Positions 51,085 to 63,215 of a DNA stretch of 64,000 bases are shown piece by piece. The notes under the pieces are model-generated. The model was not told where the DNA came from. It saw only the letters and a list, made by a program, of their open reading frames with translations, and made no database searches. The stretch lies in NCBI RefSeq assembly GCF_009914755.1, contig NC_060929.1, one strand, 5' to 3'. Made by a program: the position numbers and the translations under genes. Numbering within the stretch: position 1 is the first letter of the stretch; each line of letters begins with the position of its first letter. This stretch comes from the human T2T-CHM13v2.0 reference genome, Homo sapiens.

Positions 51085-52275
51085 TTGTTGATTCTTCTCA
51101 GTTTAAGAAGTGGAGCTTCATACTCCTCCCCTTGAAGGCAGGCTAAGCTGAGTGACTCCCATCTAAGAAATAAAACACCACAGGATTGGAATGTTACCTT
51201 CTGAGACAAGGTCACAAAGGCTAGGGTTTTAATTTTGAGTGAACTAATTTGCTCCTTACTGGTGTTTCTCTCTCTTTCTCTCCTTCAACTCTTTACGAGC
51301 CCAGCCACCATGCAAATAATTCCAAACTATCTTTTCTAGAAAGCTCACATGAAGAACCGAGGCATCCTATCTGATATCCAGCCAAATGATTAAACATTCT
51401 AGAAGCAGACTATGATGCACTGAATTTGTGAAATCCTAACCCCCAGTGTAATGATAGTAGGAGGTGGAGCTTTTGGTAGATGATAGTCTGTCTTCATGTT
51501 GGGGATTAGTGCCTTGATTATTATTTTTTATTTTTATTTTTATTTATTTATTTATTTATTTTTTGAGACAGAGTTTTGCTCTGTTACCCAGGCTGGAGTG
51601 CAGTGGTGCCATGTCAGCTCACTGCAGCGTCTGCCTCCTGGGTTCAAGTGTTTCTTCTGCCTCAGCCTCCTGAGTAGCTGAGTAGCTGAGACTACAGGTA
51701 CGCACCACCACACCTGGCTAATTTTTGTATTTTTAGTAGAGACGGGGTTTCACCATACTGGCCAGGCTGGTCTGGAACTCCTGACCTCGTGATCTGCCTG
51801 CCTCAGCCTCCCAAAGTACTGGGATTACAGATGTGAGCCACCGTGCCCAGCCGGGGATTAGTGCCCTTGTAAAAGAGACCCCAAAAAGCGTCCTTGCCCC
51901 TTCTGCCATGTGAGCTAGAGGACAGTAATCTATGAACTAAAAAATGGGCTCTGACCAGACACCAAATCTGCAAGCACCTTGATTTTGCACCATCCAGCCT
52001 CCGGTACCATTAGAAACGTTTCTGTTGTTTATAAGCTACCCTGTCTATGGTATTCTGTAGCGACAGTGCAAACAAACTAAGACACGGACCTTCCAACACA
52101 AGTTAAAGGCTTCAGGGGATGCTGCCTGGGTCAACAACATGACAGCAACCTTTACTCATGAGAGACTTCGAGTCAGAACCACCTACCCAAATCCATCATT
52201 TCCCTGACTTCTATAAATTGTGTCATACATATTTGTTATTTTAAGCCATTAAGTTTTAGGGTAATTTTTAAATGG
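51085..52275 (+). mobile_element. MLT1 LTR containing a nested MLT1A-like LTR (about 51410-52085)
   Basis: MaLR motifs on both sides; inner element TGAAATCCTAACCCCCAGTG..AAACTAAGACA. Confidence 0.65.
51517..51852 (-). mobile_element. Alu (AluS-like) with (TTTA)n tail
   Basis: Alu consensus; TSD GGGGATTAGTGCC on both sides. Confidence 0.92.
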
Positions 52276-52847
52276 AAAAATACATGATCATAGGTAAACT
52301 ATAATTAATAGAAAAATCTAATGCCAATAATATTTACCATTGATTGACCGTCAAAACTCCATTAATTATTTGCTTTCCATTTATATTTATTTTTGGATTT
52401 CTTTTTTAAGAGAATGGCACCTGTGACAGCATACTGTTAATATTACCCTTTTATCGTACTTTACCATGCCATCTCTGAAGAATATTACAGACCATTTTGG
52501 AGCATGGTGAATAAGAAATTTTCACCTTAGGAGTTCACTTGAATAGTCATTTTTATATTTGTGACTGCAAGTCACTTTTAGGGGCTGTACTTCCTTAGTA
52601 CTGGTAGCATTATTATCCAATGGACTTTTTTAGCTTTCATTAGGTTTTCTTTTGTTTTTGTTCTTTAAAGAACGTTTTACTTGTCTTAGTATTTCATTTT
52701 TTAATCTATACTATGAGGCAGTAAGAGTCTTCTGTTTTTCCAAAGTGGAGACTGCTTTATATTTATTTCGTATTGTCTACAGCTGTAGTGTTCAATACAT
52801 TAGCCACTAGCCACATGTGGTTATTTAAATAAGATGAAATAAAAATT

Positions 52848-53145
<298 letters not shown>

Positions 53146-53307
53146 TTAAAAATTAAGTTCTTTAGTTGCACTAGCCATATTTCAAATACTTGATGGATAC
53201 ATGTGGCTAGTGGCTAACATAAGGGATAGCACAGATATAAAACATTTCCTCGTCATATAAAGTTCTATTGGATAGTGCTGGTCTGTAGCTTATAGGATGG
53301 TATCTTA

Positions 53308-53787
<480 letters not shown>

Positions 53788-53948
53788 TCACATGGTAGGG
53801 AGAAAAGCAGCTCTAGTGTCTCTTCTTATAAAGGAAGTAATGCCACCATAGGGGCTCTATTCTCATGACCTCATCTAAACCTAATTCTCTCCTAAAGGCC
53901 ACGCCTCCCAGTATCCTCACCTTGGGGGTTAGGGCTTTATCATATGAA

Positions 53949-54252
53949 TTTTTTTTTTTTTTTTTTTTGAGACAGAGTCTCGCTCTGTCTGTCACCCAGG
54001 CTGGAGTGCAGTGGCACAATCTCGGCTCTCTACAAGCTCCGCCTCCTGGGTTCACGCCATTCTCCTGCGTCAGCCTCCTCAGTAGCTGGGACTAAGGCGC
54101 CCGCCACTGCGCCCGGCTAATTTTTTGTATTTTCAGTAGAGACGGGGTTTTACCATGTTAGCCAGGATGATCTCGATCTCCTGACCTCATGATCCACCCG
54201 CCTCGGCCTCCCAAAGTGCTGGGATTACAGGCATGAGCCACCGCGCCGGGCC
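53949..54252 (-). mobile_element. AluY
   Basis: CAAGCTCCGCCTCC, TTCACGCCATTCTCC and TTAGCCAGGATG diagnostics; TSD TATCATATGAATTT. Confidence 0.93.
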
Positions 54253-54804
54253 TATCATATGAATTTTGAGGGAACACAAACATGCAGTCTGTAGCAGATG
54301 GTAATAGGCTGACATATTACACTTGTTGATGTAAATCTGATAGGTTTCTTTCTCTCCAAGGACAGCTTTTTAAATATTTAACAGTATCAATAATTTTTCA
54401 GGTTCTGTGAGAATTTTATAATTTATAATTTGCAGACTTAATGTATAATCTATTTTGTCCTAACAATTACAAATATATTTTTTATTTCAGATTGTATATA
54501 TTCCTACCAGATGGAGATAATTACAGCTTTAAAAATTTTTATTTTTTCATTTTATTTCACACATTGACATTAAATTTTTATGGACACATAATAACTGTAC
54601 ATATATATGGGGTAGAATGTGATGTTTTAATACATGTACTCAATGTGTAATGATCAAATCAGGGTAATTTGCATAATGATTTTTCTGTAGGGAGAAAATT
54701 CAAAATCTACTCTTCTGGCTATTTTCAAATATATAATATGTTATTGTTAACTATACTCATCCTACTATGCAATAGGACACCAGAACTTATTCCTGGGTTC
54801 TACA

Positions 54805-55096
54805 TCCGTTAAGGCAACCAAGGATTGGAAATATTGGAAAAAAAAATTGCGTCTGTACTGAACATGTACAGACTTTTTTCTTGTCCTTATTCCTTACACA
54901 ATATAGTACAATAACTATTTGCATGACATTTACATCGGATATTATGAGTGATCTAGAGTTGATATGAAGTATATGGGAGGATGTGCAAAGGTGATGTGCA
55001 AATACTATGTCATTTTATATCAGGGACTTGAGTATCCTTTGTTACCCTCAGGAGATCCTGAAACCAGTCCCCCATGGATACTGAGGGCTGACTGTA
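54805..55096. mobile_element. MER2 (Tigger-derived) element
   Basis: GCGTCTGTACTGAACATGTACAGAC..CCCCCATGGATACTGAGGGCTGACTGTA. Confidence 0.8.
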
Positions 55097-56187
55097 TAGT
55101 CCTATCCTCACGGAACTTTCATTCTAATGGGGGAAGACTGACTATAAACAAAATATATGTAATAGGTGGTGGTCAGTACCGTGGAGAAGTAACAAACGGG
55201 GCAAAGTGAGTTATACAGCTCCATTCTTAGAAACCTTGGAGTACTTTTCTTAGTTTATACTCGTGGTGGTTTCCTTTTGTCTCCTTTATTACATGGGACT
55301 CTGACATGTGCCCATAGCTAGGGTGACAGTAGGATCTACCCGATAGTAGGGTGGCAGTAGGATCTACCCAAAAAGCGTCCTGCTGATACAGGACCAAAGC
55401 ATCCTGTTGTTCTCGAGCCTATAAAAAGAGCTAATGGTGTTGCTTCTCTTAACTGTGGCCTCCTACACTGTGTTTTGGATGATTGGTGATGTCTTGGATA
55501 TTCTGTTTCTTTGGAACTTTGAATATACAACACTTTACTAGGGAATTAGCAATGGAAGCAGAGCAAAGATGTACAGAGGAAACAATGCGTAACTCTGATG
55601 GAATTGAAGTCATGAGGCAGCAGAGAGCTTAAATTACAGCTTTAAAAATTTTTATTTTTTAGAGGGAATTTACTTGGGAGTAACAGCAGTAATAGTTAAC
55701 GGAGCCAGAATGCTTGAGTCATATAATTGCAAAGCAGAGTTGGGAGCAACAGATGCTAAAGAGTAGTTGCTGTAGTTCCTCTTTGGGTCGTAGGAGCAGT
55801 TGTCATATTACTATATAGCTACTGCATGAAGAAGAGTTCTTAGTGAGGCCTGGGTGAACAGCTCTTCTTAGTATTCTGTGTGACCCCATTTGACCTTTTA
55901 ACAAATCCCTAAGTAAATAAATAGCCCCTCAGGAAAACTAAGTTTTTCTCTGCTGTTTTTTTGCTTGAGAGAGCTATAACTGTAATAGACTTATATTTCT
56001 GAACATTTTAGTGCTTGCCAATATTTGGTAATATTTATGTTTCCTATATTTGTAATGAACATTCTTCTTCCGGTACATTTTTTGTTAAATTATTGTTTGA
56101 TGGATAAAAGTTCACCTTTTATTGTATAAAATTGACTGAGATTAATTTATACACATTGACAATGGGTAAATAGAATTTTTCAGATTA

Positions 56188-58881
56188 TTAAAAGCTGAAG
56201 GATGCCCACGTAAGCAAAAAAAAAAAAGAAAAAACCAACAAAAATAAACCCAAACCCCTCAAACAGTTTCGAACACGAAACATTCTTCTGATGCCGGCAT
56301 CCCTGCTTGCAGGTGTGAAGGGGGCAGGAATCAGCGAGGTGTCCTGGGCTGAGTCCCCGGAGTGGGAAGAGGTGGCAGGAAGGGGATCTGAGGAGGAGAA
56401 CAGGGGTCCTGGTGGTCTGTGCTTCTTCCCAGACACGGGAGCTGTAGAGGAGACCTCTGCAGCAGATGCTAGGGGGGCCAGTAGGCCCAGGCAGTCTTGG
56501 GACTTGGGTCTGTCCTGCTGTGCATCCATAGTGGGTGCTTTAGAAACGGGAGGCCCACCCGAAGCCCCTGTTGCAAGTGAGGACAAAGTGTGGGAAGGCC
56601 GTGAGGGTCTGCAGTCCGAGATGGCCTTGTCCTCAACGTGCAGTGCACTGTTGATGCGGGGCCTAGAGGCCTGGGATCTGGGGGAGCCACCCCTGGGGGC
56701 GAGTGTCTGCCCTGGTGCTGTACCTGCCTTGTTTTCACAGCGGTGACCCGAAGAGACAGCCTGAGGTCCGTCCTCACTCACTGTGTTTGAGGAACTGTGG
56801 GCCAGCTGGCAGTGGGATGAGGCTGGCCCCCTCCTCCGCTTTACTTCCTGGAGGCCTTCCGTAGAGCTGTGGGAGCTGGAGCTGGCATTTCGTTTGAGGC
56901 AGGATCTGGTCCGGGAGGTCTGGGATCTCTGGTTATATCTCACTTCTGACCTCTGGGCACGTGCTGCAGCTGTGGCTGAGGCCAAGAAATGTGAGGGGCC
57001 TCCATCCACTGCATTGAGTAGCGACCCCGACGTGGGGTTCAATGTGGAGTGGGGAAGGGCTGCTGCGGCAGCTGCAGGAGCCGAGGTGCCAGGCCTTGTT
57101 CTTCTCATGCCGGCATCCCTGCTTGCAGCTGTGAAGGTGGCAGGAATCAGCGAGGTGACCTGGGCTGAGTCCCGGGAGTGGGAAGAGGTGGCAGGAAGGG
57201 GATCTGAGGAGGAGAACAGGGGTCCTGGTGGTCTGTGCTTCTTCCCAGACACGGGAGCTGTAGAGGGGACCTCTGCAGCAGATGCTAGGGGGGCCACTAG
57301 GCCCAGGCAGTCTTGGGACTTGGGTCTGTCCTGCTGTGCGTCCATAGTGGGTGCTTTAGAAACGGGAGGCCCACCCGAAGCCCCTGTTGCAAGTGAGGAC
57401 AAAGTGTGGGAAGGCCGTGAGGGTCTGCAGTCCGAGATGGCCTTGTCCTCAACGTACAGTGCACTGTTGATGTGGGGCCTAGAGGCCTGGGATCTGGGGG
57501 AGCCTCCCCTGGGGGCGAGTGTCTGCCCTGGTGCTGTACCTGCCTTGTTTTCACAGCGGTGACCCGAAGAGACAGCCTGAGGTCCGTCCTCACTCACTGT
57601 GTTTGAGGAACTGTGGGCCAGCTGGCAGTGGGATGAGGCTGGCCCCCTCCTCCGCTTTAGTTCCTGGAGGCCTTCCGTAGAGCTGTGGGAGCTGGAGCTG
57701 GAGCTGGCATTTCGTTTGAGGCAGGATCTGGTCCGGGAGGTCTGGGATCTCTGGTTATATCTCACTTCTGACCTCTGGGCACGTGCTGCAGCTGTGGCTG
57801 AGGCCAAGAAATGTGAGGGGCCTCCATCCACTGCATTGAGTAGTGACCCCGACGTGTTGTTCAATGTGGAGGGGGGAGGGGCTGCTGTGGCAGCTGCAGG
57901 AGCCGACCTTGTTCTTCTCATGCCGGCATCCCTGCTTGCAGCTGTGAAGGTGGCAGGAATCAGCGAGGTGACCTGTGCTGTGTCCCGGGAGTGGTAAGAG
58001 GTGGCAGGAAGGGGATCTGAGGAGGAGAACAGGGGTCCTGGTGGTCTGTGCTTCTTCCCAGACACGGGAGCTGTAGCGGGGACCTCTGCAGCAGATGCTA
58101 GGGGGGCCACTAGGCCCAGGCAGTCTTGGGACTTGGGTCTGTCCTGCTGTGCATCCATAGTGGGTGCTTTAGAAACGGGAGGCCCACCCGAAGCCCCTGT
58201 TGCAAGTGAGGACAAAGTGTGGGAAGGCCGTGAGGGTCTGCAGTCCGAGATGGCCTTGTCCTCAACGTGCAGTGCACTGTTGATGCGCTGGAATGCCGTC
58301 TCTTTTTCCAGGTGCAGGTCTTCAGCCGTGACCCGGTACCCCAGCTCTAAGGGAGGTGGCAGCATCAAAGGCTCCCCTCGCCTGCGTGGCAGCAGGGGAA
58401 TCTTGCGTCTACGGGGCCTAGAGTCCTGGGATCTGGGGGAGCCACCCGTTGGGGCGATTGTCTGCCCTGGTGCTGTATCTGCCCCCTTTTCACACCGTGT
58501 GTGACCCGAAGAGACAGCCTGAGGCCTGTCCTCACTCACTGTCTTTGAGTAACTGAGGGTCAGCTGGCAGCGGGATGAGGCTGGCCCCCTCCTCTGCTTT
58601 AGCCCCGGCAAGCCTCCCGTGGAGCTGTAGGAGCTGGAGATGGCATTTCGTTTGGTGCTCGAGCTCGTCCAGGATGTCTGGGATGTGTGGTTATATCTGA
58701 TTTCTGAGCTCTGGGCGTGGAGGTCTGTCTGCAGAGGCCCGGGCCTGGGCACAAAGGGAGAGGGGCCTCCATTGTCCCGCAGGGGCCAAAATGCAGACCG
58801 TGCATCCCCGGTGACCTCGGGGACCGTTCTCTGATCATCAGGATTTTCTTGGACTCTGGGGTCCTTGTCCTGCTCAGGCAT
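56188..58881 (-). CDS. Intronless POM121-like ORF (putative POM121-like protein 1-like), 897 aa from the first ATG; coding status uncertain
   Basis: POM121-family motifs SPFVPRPGPLQ, KRNAISSSYSSTGG and RRRKIPLLPRRRGEPLMLPPPLELGYRVTAEDLHLEK; uninterrupted frame; track start at 59205 is a GTG. Confidence 0.75.
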   Translation of the reverse strand: MPEQDKDPRVQENPDDQRTVPEVTGDARSAFWPLRDNGGPSPFVPRPGPLQTDLHAQSSEIRYNHTSQTSWTSSSTKRNAISSSYSSTGGLPGLKQRRGPASSRCQLTLSYSKTVSEDRPQAVSSGHTRCEKGADTAPGQTIAPTGGSPRSQDSRPRRRKIPLLPRRRGEPLMLPPPLELGYRVTAEDLHLEKETAFQRINSALHVEDKAISDCRPSRPSHTLSSLATGASGGPPVSKAPTMDAQQDRPKSQDCLGLVAPLASAAEVPATAPVSGKKHRPPGPLFSSSDPLPATSYHSRDTAQVTSLIPATFTAASRDAGMRRTRSAPAAATAAPPPSTLNNTSGSLLNAVDGGPSHFLASATAAARAQRSEVRYNQRSQTSRTRSCLKRNASSSSSSHSSTEGLQELKRRRGPASSHCQLAHSSSNTVSEDGPQAVSSGHRCENKAGTAPGQTLAPRGGSPRSQASRPHINSALYVEDKAISDCRPSRPSHTLSSLATGASGGPPVSKAPTMDAQQDRPKSQDCLGLVAPLASAAEVPSTAPVSGKKHRPPGPLFSSSDPLPATSSHSRDSAQVTSLIPATFTAASRDAGMRRTRPGTSAPAAAAAALPHSTLNPTSGSLLNAVDGGPSHFLASATAAARAQRSEVRYNQRSQTSRTRSCLKRNASSSSHSSTEGLQEVKRRRGPASSHCQLAHSSSNTVSEDGPQAVSSGHRCENKAGTAPGQTLAPRGGSPRSQASRPRINSALHVEDKAISDCRPSRPSHTLSSLATGASGGPPVSKAPTMDAQQDRPKSQDCLGLLAPLASAAEVSSTAPVSGKKHRPPGPLFSSSDPLPATSSHSGDSAQDTSLIPAPFTPASRDAGIRRMFRVRNCLRGLGLFLLVFSFFFLLTWASFSF
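56291..58285. repeat. 813/816-bp coding tandem repeat (about 2.4 near-identical copies plus a diverged partial copy to about 58730)
   Basis: ATGCCGGCATCCCTGCTTGCAG recurs at 56291, 57107 and 57920. Confidence 0.95.
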
Positions 58882-59727
58882 CCCTGCCCCGCTCTCCTTG
58901 AGGGCCCTCAACACTATCTTCCCTGGACACAAGTCTGGGGACAGCCGGGTGTTGTGGACCCCAAAGGGGTGACTACCTGCTCCTGGGCCCCACAGAGTCC
59001 TTGTGCTCAGTGTAGTGGCTGAGCTGGGGGATGCCCTGGAACTCGGAGCACACAGCACTGGCTTACTGTGGTACCTGTGCAGTGAAATTGAAGACAGAAT
59101 CACCAGGATGGAACACAGGTCTTGCAGGATCACGGAAAACCTTCTTAGAGTTGTCTTGACACCAGTGATGTCGAGTGTGCGGGTGTTTGTAGGATGGCCT
59201 GCCACTCAGTCCAGGGGCAGGAGCAACGGGGAGATCCCACAAGCAAAGTGAACTGGGGGATGGGCTGAAGGGGCTCCAGGCAACTGAGCCCTACTCGCAG
59301 GTCCTCGGCCTTGGCCCAAACAGGAATGAGGGGCACAGAGTGCCCGGGTAACCGCTCCTGGGAGCAGTGGGGAACTGTCGGATACTTGAACTCTCAAGAG
59401 CTGGGCTCTGAGCGTCCTCGTCCAGCTGCCAACTTGGCCAAAGGCTAAGCCAGCAGATTGTTCTGTTGCCGGGCAACGCGACTTCTAAACCTGAGGGAGT
59501 GGGCATGTGAGCACATAATGGCACCAGTGACAGAGCGACCATAATGGATGAATAAGCGCAGCCAGGTACCCGCGCAAGGCACCTGCTGGCAATGGCAGGA
59601 GGCGGACGTGGGGGGTCGTGCAGTAGGTACTGGAGGGAGAGACGTGGGCACAAAGGTCGCGGGAGGAACAGGTGCCCACAATGGCTGCATATTTGCCCGT
59701 GGATCACTGAAGATTCCTGCTCTCCTG

Positions 59728-59983
59728 CTGAGGTGGAGACTGCAGTGAGCTGAGATCGCACCATTGCACTCCAGCCTGGGCAACGAGTGCAAAACTCAGT
59801 CTCCAGATAAAAAAAAGAAAAAGAAAAAAAAGAGGCCGGGTGTGGTGGCTTATGCCTATGATCCTAGCACTTTGGGAGGTCGGGGTGGACGGATCACGAG
59901 ATCAGGAGTTGGAGGCCAGCCTGGCCAACATAGTGAAAGCCCGTCTCTAGTAAAAATACAAAATTTAGTCAGACATGGTGGGC
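59728..59983 (+). mobile_element. Alu 3' fragment (59728-59831) followed by an Alu left arm (59834-59983)
   Basis: CTGCAGTGAGCTGAGATCGCACCATTGCACTCCAGCC plus A tail, then GGCCGGGTGTGGTGGC. Confidence 0.88.
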
Positions 59984-62093
59984 AGGAGAGAGCATGTGCA
60001 GGGGAACATCCATTTATAAAACCATCAGACCTCATGAGACTTATTCACTACCATGAGAACAGCATGGGGGAAACTGCCTCCATGATTCAGTTATCTCCAC
60101 CTGGCCCCACCCTTGACACATGGGAATTGTTACAATTCAAGATGAGATTTGGGTGCGGACAGAGCCAAACCATATAATTCTTCCCCGGCCCCTCCCAAAT
60201 CTCATGTCCTCATATTTCAAAAGCAATCATGCCTTCCCCTAAGTCCCCCAAACTCTTATTTCAGCATTAACTCAAAATTCCGTAGTCCAAAGTCTCATCT
60301 GAGACAAGGCAAGTCCCTTCCACCTATGAGCCTGTAAAATCAAAAACAAGTTAGTTATTTTCTAGATACACAGGGATACAGGCATTGGGTAAATACACTC
60401 GTTTCAAATGGGAGAAATTGGCCAAAGCGAAAGAGCTACAGGCCCCATGCAAGTCCAAAACCCAGCAGGCAAATCTTAAAGCTCCAAAATGACCTCCTTT
60501 GACTCCATGTGTCACATCTAGGTGATGCAAGAAGTGGGTTCCCAGGGTCTTGGGCAGCCCCGCCCCTGTGGCTTTGCAGGGTACAGCCCCCCTTCTGGCT
60601 GCATTGAGTGTCTGCAGCTTTTCCAGGCACACAGTGCAAGCTGTCAGTGGATCTACCATTCTGGGGTCTGGAGGATGGTGGCCCTTTTCTCACAGCTCTG
60701 CTTGGCAGTACCCCAGTGGGGACTCTGTGTGGGAGCTCCAACCCCATATTTCCCTTTGACACTGCCCTAGCAGAGGTTATCCATGAGGGCCCCCCCCTCC
60801 CCTCCCCCCCACAGCAAACTTTTGCCTGGATTTCCAGGCATTTTCATACATCTTCTGAAATGTAGGCGGAGGTTCATGAACGTTAATTCTTGACTTTGGT
60901 GCATCTGCAGGCTTAACACCACCTAGAACCTGAAAGGCTTGGAACTTGCACCCTCTGAAGCCATGGCCTGAGGTGTACCTTGGCCCCTTTTACCTATGGC
61001 AGGAGCAGCTGGGATGCAGGGCCCCAAGTTCCTAGGCTGCACACAGCAGGGGGTTCTGGACCCACAAAACCATTTTTCCTTCTAAGCCTCCTGGCCTGTG
61101 ATGGGAGGGTCTGCTGTGAGGGTCTCTAACATGCCCTGGAGACATTTGCCCCATTGTCTTGGTGATTAACATTTGGCTCCTCATTACTTATGCAAATTTC
61201 TACAACCCAGTCTCCTGAGAAAATAGATTTTTCTTTTCTGTTGCATCATCAGGCTACAAATTTTCTGAACTTTTATGCTCTGCTTCTTCTCGAATGCTTT
61301 GCTGCTTAGAAATTTCTTCTGTCAGATACCTTAAATCATCTCTCTCAAGTTCAAAGTTCCACAGATCTGTAGGGAACTCTAGAAAGAAATTCTTATTTTC
61401 CCTCTTTCCCGCCTATCTTATGCCCGTTTCTAATACAGGTGCACAATGCCTGCAGTGTCTTTGCATAGTAAGAGTGACTTTACTCCATTTCCCAACAAAT
61501 TCCTCATCTCCCTCTGAGACCACCTCCGCCTGGACCTTGTTGTCCATATCACTATTAACATTTTGGTCAAAGCCATTCAACAAGTCTCTAGGAAGTTCCA
61601 AACTTTCCCACATTTTCCTATCCTCTTCTGAGCCTTCCAAACTGTTCCAGCCTCTCCCTGTTACCCATTTCCAAAGTTGCTTCCACATTTTCGGGTATCT
61701 TTACAGCAGCACCCCACTCTACTGGTATCAACTTATTGTATTAGTCTGTTCTCACACCGCAAATAAAGACATACCTGAGACTGGGTAATTTATAAAGGAA
61801 AGAGGTTGAATTGACTCACAGTTCTGCATGGCTGGGGAGGCCTCACAATCATGGTGGAAGGCAAGGAGGTGCAAAAGCATGTCTCACATAGTGGCAGGCA
61901 GGAGAGAGCATGTGCAGGGGAGCTCCCATTTATAAAACCATCAGATCTCATGAGACTTAGTCACTACCGCGAGAACAGTATGGGGGGAACCATCCCCATG
62001 ATTCAGTTATCTGCACCCGGCCCCACCCTTGACACGTGGGAATTATTACAATGCAAGGTGAGATTTGGGTGGGGACCCATCCAAACTATGTCA
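59975..62093 (-). mobile_element. THE1C-like MaLR element: truncated LTR 59975-60177, internal region, LTR 61737-62093
   Basis: GAGAGCATGTGCAGGGGA..TATAAAACCATCAG in both LTRs; internal region homologous to 13.8-15.4 kb. Confidence 0.9.
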
Positions 62094-62364
62094 GTATGTT
62101 TTGACTTCTTGCTTGATTGCTAGGTTGCATAGAGGACAAACATGGAAATTAATGAAGTACCTTAATATCTGGCTTCAGATCTTAGACAGGATCAGAGGGC
62201 CAGCTCAAATTTGCAAGGAGGGGAGGTAGATCCCACCATTTTATGGGTGAATGGCAAAATCAAACAGAAATTATGTGGGATGGGAGATACTGATGCAGCC
62301 ATCTTTGGAAACATTCTACTTAGCTAATTTTATGCTAGGCTTTAGGTCAAGAAGGAGAGAGAGA

Positions 62365-62555
62365 GCTGACATGCTGTGGTACACACTTATAGTCCCAGCG
62401 ACTTGGAAAGCTGAGGCAGGAGGATTGCTTGATCCCAGGAGTTTGAGGTAGTGTGCGATGATCGTTCTTGTGAATAGCCACTAGCCACTGAACTCCAGCT
62501 TGGGCAACATTGAGACACCCTGTCTCTTAATTTAAAAAAAAAAAAAAAAAAAAGG
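62365..62555 (+). mobile_element. Alu monomer (FRAM/FAM-like)
   Basis: AGTCCCAGC..GGAGGATTGCTTGATCCCAGGAG..TGAATAGCCACT..poly-A. Confidence 0.75.
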
Positions 62556-63215
62556 AAAGAAAGTGGTCTCAGTTTTTAATGTAAGTATTTTTAATGGGAT
62601 AATGATATTTTAAGATTAATGTATATTGTATATCAGTTAACTGTAGGTCAATAATTATATAAAACTTAAGGTATGAAAAACATTTATTTTTGCTAACATA
62701 TCTGTGAGTTGACTGTTCTTGGCTTGGTGAGGCTGCAAGCTGCAGATAGAGTCTAGGTATGTTTTCTGTGTGTTTGTTCCCCCTTGGATCAGTGGACTAC
62801 CTGAGAATGTGTTTTTGTCACAGTGATAGAATCACAAGGAAACTCCAGTTCTGGAAGTACATTTTAAGCCATTGCTTCTCTCATGTCCACTAACATTCAG
62901 TCAGCCAAAGCACATACCTTGTCCATGGCTAACATTGATAGTATAGATAAATATACCTGATCTCTAGCAGGAGGAACTGCATTGTCTTGGGGAAAGGTTT
63001 TAGATATAGGGAGGGGTGATGAGTTGGGAACAATAATGTAGTCTGCCACAAACATATTAAAGTGTAACTGGATATGGTTGCTGCAGAATTTTGAACCTTT
63101 GTTTTAATTGTGATTTTTACTCTTTTCCCCCTATCTAGTGCCCTTTTGTAATACAGTAATTATCATGATTTTTGTCTGAACTGAAATCTTCTGAGATTAG
63201 ATTGTCTACGAAAAT

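Noticed and set aside
56291-58504. Plus-strand ORFs of 132-259 aa
   Set aside because: Antisense shadows of the POM121-like repeat, with a stop in every unit
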